The notes under the pieces are model-generated. The model searched no databases. It was not told where the DNA came from and saw only the letters and a program-made list of their open reading frames with translations. 64,000 nt of DNA from Amoebidium appalachense. Taxonomy: Eukaryota > Protista > Ichthyosporea. Position numbers and translations under genes: made by a program. Shown here in pieces: positions 1 through 64,000 of the stretch (position 1 is its first letter; every line of letters begins with the position of its first letter). The stretch covers positions 3,872,722 to 3,936,721 of the forward strand of contig CAVNZM010000013.1 of NCBI GenBank assembly GCA_963693365.1. The letters are read 5' to 3'.

Positions 1-87
1 TTTGATTAAGTTATTCCATTCCCTACTGGGTCGATTGCCCATGAGTACAGGGCGTCCGAGGGCCTAGCCGCCTTTGCTGCACTCTTT

Positions 88-144
<57 letters not shown>

Positions 145-273
145 TCTCCGTTTACTAAAGGCTATCATTGAATGTTTCTTTGTCCTTGACCTTGTGACAA
201 AAGTTCGGTTTTTCAGTCTCTCTCTCCCTCTCTCCCCCCCCCCCCCCCCCCCCCCCCACCCTCCCACAAAAAC

Positions 274-304
<31 letters not shown>

Positions 305-336
305 GAAAGGGGGGGGGGGGGGGGGGGGGAATGTAA

Positions 337-3889
<3,553 letters not shown>

Positions 3890-4677
3890 AGTGACAAAGG
3901 TCTTAATGCTTTTGTATAGGATTCGGAAAGATATAACACACAGATATTACGTATAACGCTCAAGGTTGGACACAGAATCGAAGAACTGCGAATTTGTACG
4001 ACTACGTATACAGAACTGTATCAAATTAACATGAAGAAGCCTCAACAGATATGGCACCGGTGAGGGGGCCCCTTTTCTCTCTTCTTCTCACAGGCTTTTT
4101 CTGCTCTTTACTACGACAAGTTTTGAACCGGGAAAGGTCATAGGCGTAATGGTCGCAAAAGACGATGCGTGAAATGGGAGTTGACATAGGCCATGGGCGT
4201 TTATATACCTAAAGGGTAGTCTGCAGAACAGCATGTGATTGGTTCCATTGCTGAACCGGCAGAATATCACTGTGATATTAAGTACTTGAATCCATACGTC
4301 ATCAACCAGATTACAATGCCCGGTCGTCGATCAAAACAAACACATGTAGCCCGGTACATTACAGTGATAACAAACAAAGTTATTTATATATATAAAAACA
4401 TATATATATAATATTGATTTTTTTTATGTTTTGTGAAGCTGTGTTTCTATATACCTATTTGGTGTGCGAGAATCCGAGAGTGTCTGAGACGTGTTATTAA
4501 TACTACCGAGAACGTAATATACTACTAAAAATAGATCGATAAAAATAGATTGCCGAGAAGCTTTCCTGTTATCATACCGTTTCAACTTGTGGTGCTTCGC
4601 ATGTGTACGTGAAGGACGAACTCTGGACGAGGTCTAAAGGTCACTTGAAATCGCTCATTTTCGTTAAATTTGGAGAA

Positions 4678-5492
4678 ATGGCTCCTAGTAAGAACATATG
4701 TGCGGAGGATATTTTGGTGTTGATACAGAAAGAGATGGCACGGCGTGACCGGCGTGACCTACAAAACCACGAATATATGTACTGGGTGCGTGAAATGCAC
4801 GTGCTCGAAGTTGAAACCTTCACACTATTAGAACGATCCGACAGGCTTTGGGGCGAAATAAGCTACACAAAAGCCCATGGTGAGAGTGATTTGGGCCAGG
4901 TATCGGCAAAGAAAGCAGAGCTGGCTGCGTTTCAGGCGCGCATAAAGCCCATGAGAAAAACATGTGGAAATAATGGCACAGAAAGTTAAGCCTGCTTCAG
5001 CCGACTTCTGGAAAGCCTGCTGGACAAAAAAGGTAGGCTAAAAGGTTATTGTCTGACAGTGGTTTATCAGTTCAGAATATTATTACTAAATAATGTGTTT
5101 GACCTGTGTACTTGAATGGTTTTTTATGGTGCACGTATCATCACGAAGGATGCATGTGCACGTAGGCAAAATCGCTTTCCCACCCTGACTCCATGTTGAT
5201 TCATTCAGGTAACAGAACTGCAAGGAGAGCAACTTTCAACAACTTGTCGCCTCAGCAATCCCTTTTCTCTTGGCTTACTCTTGGGATCCGGAAAGCTTCT
5301 AACATACTTTCTTCTATGACAACCGCAAGCAATGCACCGCAAAGTAGCCCACGCGGCAGCACGTTCAGACACATGCACGTACGGCACAACTGAACAGAGC
5401 TGTTGTAGAATAGGGGAGAACAGGCTTGAAGCCGGGATGCTCGAATCACAGGGTTTGACCGATAGAACACCACTGCTCTTGGCTACTTGGTA
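4678..5492 (+). pseudogene. Hypothetical coiled-coil protein paralogue A (two exons, frameshifted)
   Basis: ORF MAPSKNICAEDILVLIQKEMARRDRRDLQNHE... from 4678; donor AAAG|GTAGGC at 5032/5033; acceptor TTCAG| at 5208. An apparent frameshift near 4965 relative to paralogue B gives an early TAA. Confidence 0.5.
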
Positions 5493-6872
5493 ATTGCTCC
5501 AATGCCCAGCAACACATTCCATCTATATGTGTGGGCAAAACATACAACCATAGGGTTTGCTTAGTAAACACAGTAGATGAACAAATTTATGTTGGGTGAC
5601 ACTTTGTGAGGTGGCTTGAAAACCTTTTGCTGTGCATAGAGTAACAATGTTTTGCTATTTTTAGACAATGAACATAGACGAACACATTGCACGACCCTTT
5701 GAGCACATTAAGGTGGAAAACCTTTTGCTGTACATAGAATAACGATGTTCTGCTATTTTTAAACAAGTAACATAGGAGATGAATACATGGCACGATGCTT
5801 TGATTGTGTAGAACATGATTGTAATGCCGATGCTTGACAGTTGACATGGATGCATATTTGACCAACATGTTAAATTGAAAACTTTTTATTGTTCATAGAG
5901 TATTCCTAATTTTTTGGTTGCCAAAGTTTTATAAGTGTGTTTTTTGGTTGATGAAAGCACATGTACTTAATACTTGTAAGAAGGCAAACAAGAGCCGGTC
6001 CATGTCGATGAAGTTCTGCTGCAGACGGAATGCAGGAGGGTTGCTGTTCAAAGCGCGCAGTACCAAGCATTAGAGAGATGCTTTTGCATGAGCCAGGACT
6101 ATGACCTATGAGACTCAGGGGTGCAAGGGCATTTGTTAACGCTGCAGGCGCCCATTACACATTTGGGTGCTGCGGAAGCGGTTCAACTTCTTGTCAACAT
6201 GGTCTTGTGTGATATACTCAACGATCTACGTATACGGTACTCTGGATATACCTGTTTTTGTGCAACATCACAGCTGACGTGTTTACGTGGTAGGCTTCTG
6301 AACCCGATTAAACAAACTCCAGAATGATGAGGCCCATGGTGTGGCACTCCCTCGGGTGGGTAATTGAGTATATACACGCAAGATTTGGCACGTAGATTCC
6401 TGCTTTAACCAACCCCATTACTGCACAATGAAATGCTTCTGATATAGTGTGACGCGATATATTCTCTTGCTCACCTTCATATAGTATGTACTGTAGACGC
6501 CTTCACCAACATAAAAACAATTGAAAATGAGATCAGCTTTCACCGTAGCCGGACTACATCAGTCAAACGGCATCATCCTTGCCTTCTCAGTACTACGATC
6601 GATGTTAACCGTGAGAAGAATGATTTCACTTTGACGTGTTGGTCAAATATTCGTCTATGGAAATAACTAGTATTTTTAGCAATACTAGTTACTTCTATGT
6701 ACAGCAAAAGGTTTTTATTAAAAGTCACCTCGAATTTCTTTCAACATGACATTGTTCATCTATGTTCATTATAATTATCAAGCAACATTGTTCATCTATA
6801 TCATTGTCAAGCAACCCTAGTAGGTCTTGGCCATATGTAAGCGGAATGTGTTGCTGGGCCGCTTTCGATGCA

Positions 6873-7719
6873 TCACCAGTTTGCCATGAGCAGTGGTTTT
6901 CTATCGGTCAAACCCTGTATCCCGAACACTCCAGCTTCAAGCCTACTCTCCCTATATATTCTAGGGCAGCTCTTTTGAGTTGTGCCGTACGTGCATACCG
7001 TGTCTGATGTGTCACCATTCTTGCTACTCCGCGATGCACTGCTCCCAGTGGCCATATGGGAAGGTGTGCTCGAAGTCTCCCCGCGGGTAAACCAAGAGAA
7101 AAGAGACCTTGGGGACCCGGGTTTTTGTTTGCCCTCTTGACAGTTCTTTTACCTGGAAAAAATACAAAGTCAGCGTGGAAAACTAATTTTTGTGCACCTG
7201 CACGAAGAAGGTGCCAACAAGGAAATGGGCCAGGCTGATGTACAAGAAGCGTAGGAATGTCTTTGGGTGCAAAAAACTGTATGCCAAAGTAATCTTCAAT
7301 GCCAAGGGTTTAAACCGCTTAACACCTAAGCTACTAGCCTACCTTTCTTTTCAATCTGGAGTTTGTTTCAATTGAAGTCCTCTGCATGCAGCAGGCTTCA
7401 CTTAAAAAGCTTTCTCCGCCATGGTTTCCTCCCATGTTTTTATCATGGGCTCTATCCGCTCGTTAAGTGCAGCCAGCTCTTCTTTCTTTACCGACAACTG
7501 GTGCATATCAGTTTCATCACTAGGGTTTGCGTTGTTTATCTCATGGCAAAGCTTGTCGGATTGTTTGAACAGAGAAGACATCTCGACCTCGAGCACTTGC
7601 ATTTCACGCACCCAGTACACGGACTCGTGGTTTTGTAGGTCACGCCGGTCACGCCGTGCCATCTCTTTCTGTATCCACACCAATACAACCTCTGCGCAAA
7701 CATCCTGTTTAGGTGCCAT
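6873..7719 (-). pseudogene. Hypothetical coiled-coil protein paralogue B (two exons, disrupted)
   Basis: ORF MAPKQDVCAEVVLVWIQKEMARRDRRDLQNHE... from 7719; homologous donor at 7343/7342 and acceptor at 7153/7152. An in-frame TAA at 7404-7402 precedes the donor. Confidence 0.5.
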
Positions 7720-7843
7720 CTTCACAAAGTTTACAATTGCATGGTGCATGGGGGGGAAGAGCGCTACACCGAATTCGAAATAGCCGAAGTTCCGGCTTCA
7801 TCTTTTCAACTCTGCGCCGCCCTCTTTCCGGGTTGACGTAATC

Positions 7844-63530
<55,687 letters not shown>

Positions 63531-63577
63531 GTGAAACCCTCCCCTCCCCCCCCCCCCCCCCCCCCCCGCCCACACAT

Positions 63578-63672
<95 letters not shown>

Positions 63673-64000
63673 CACCTCAAAAATGGCCAAAAAGAAAAAA
63701 GAGAGAGAGGGGGGGGGGTTTGAGGGAATTTGGGTGGATGTGTTTGTGGGGAGGGGGGAGGGGGAGGGGGGGGGGGGGGATGTATGGAAAGGCTAGTCCG
63801 CTGCTCCCCTGCACTTATACGTCCGAAAACCTCTTGAGGCATCTCTGTGCTTGTTTTTACGTTTGCCTGCTTTCTTTTGCTCCTTTTTCTCATGTTGTTT
63901 TGTTGAAGACAATGCACGAGTGTGATAAGATAGAGCAAGGATTGGTGCCTGTCCAAATGCATTTCCATGTTCTTGAATACTATAAGTTGTATGAACTTGG

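Overview
This is eukaryotic nuclear DNA (taxon not determinable from the window), very rich in (GT)n/(CA)n microsatellites and poly-G/poly-C runs; nearly all entries in the supplied ORF track are low-complexity artefacts. From about 7.8 kb to the right edge, one + strand gene occupies the window. By manual splicing I reconstruct about 68 small exons (about 8.0 kb CDS, about 2,670 aa, 3'-incomplete) with consistent phases. It encodes a large USP9X/USP24/USP34-type ubiquitin-specific protease with intact Cys and His boxes, apart from one extra G in the catalytic domain. The left 4 kb holds part of a minus-strand multi-exon gene (putative membrane protein). Between the two genes lies an inverted, tail-to-tail pair of diverged two-exon paralogues of unknown function. 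Introns carry TTAA-flanked (Kolobok-like, piggyBac-like) and TA-flanked MITEs and many minisatellites. The most unusual signal is that introns repeatedly contain duplicated 'echoes' of their own splice junctions: arrays of acceptor or donor copies, a duplicated exon end with mostly synonymous divergence, and an inverted exon copy captured inside a MITE.
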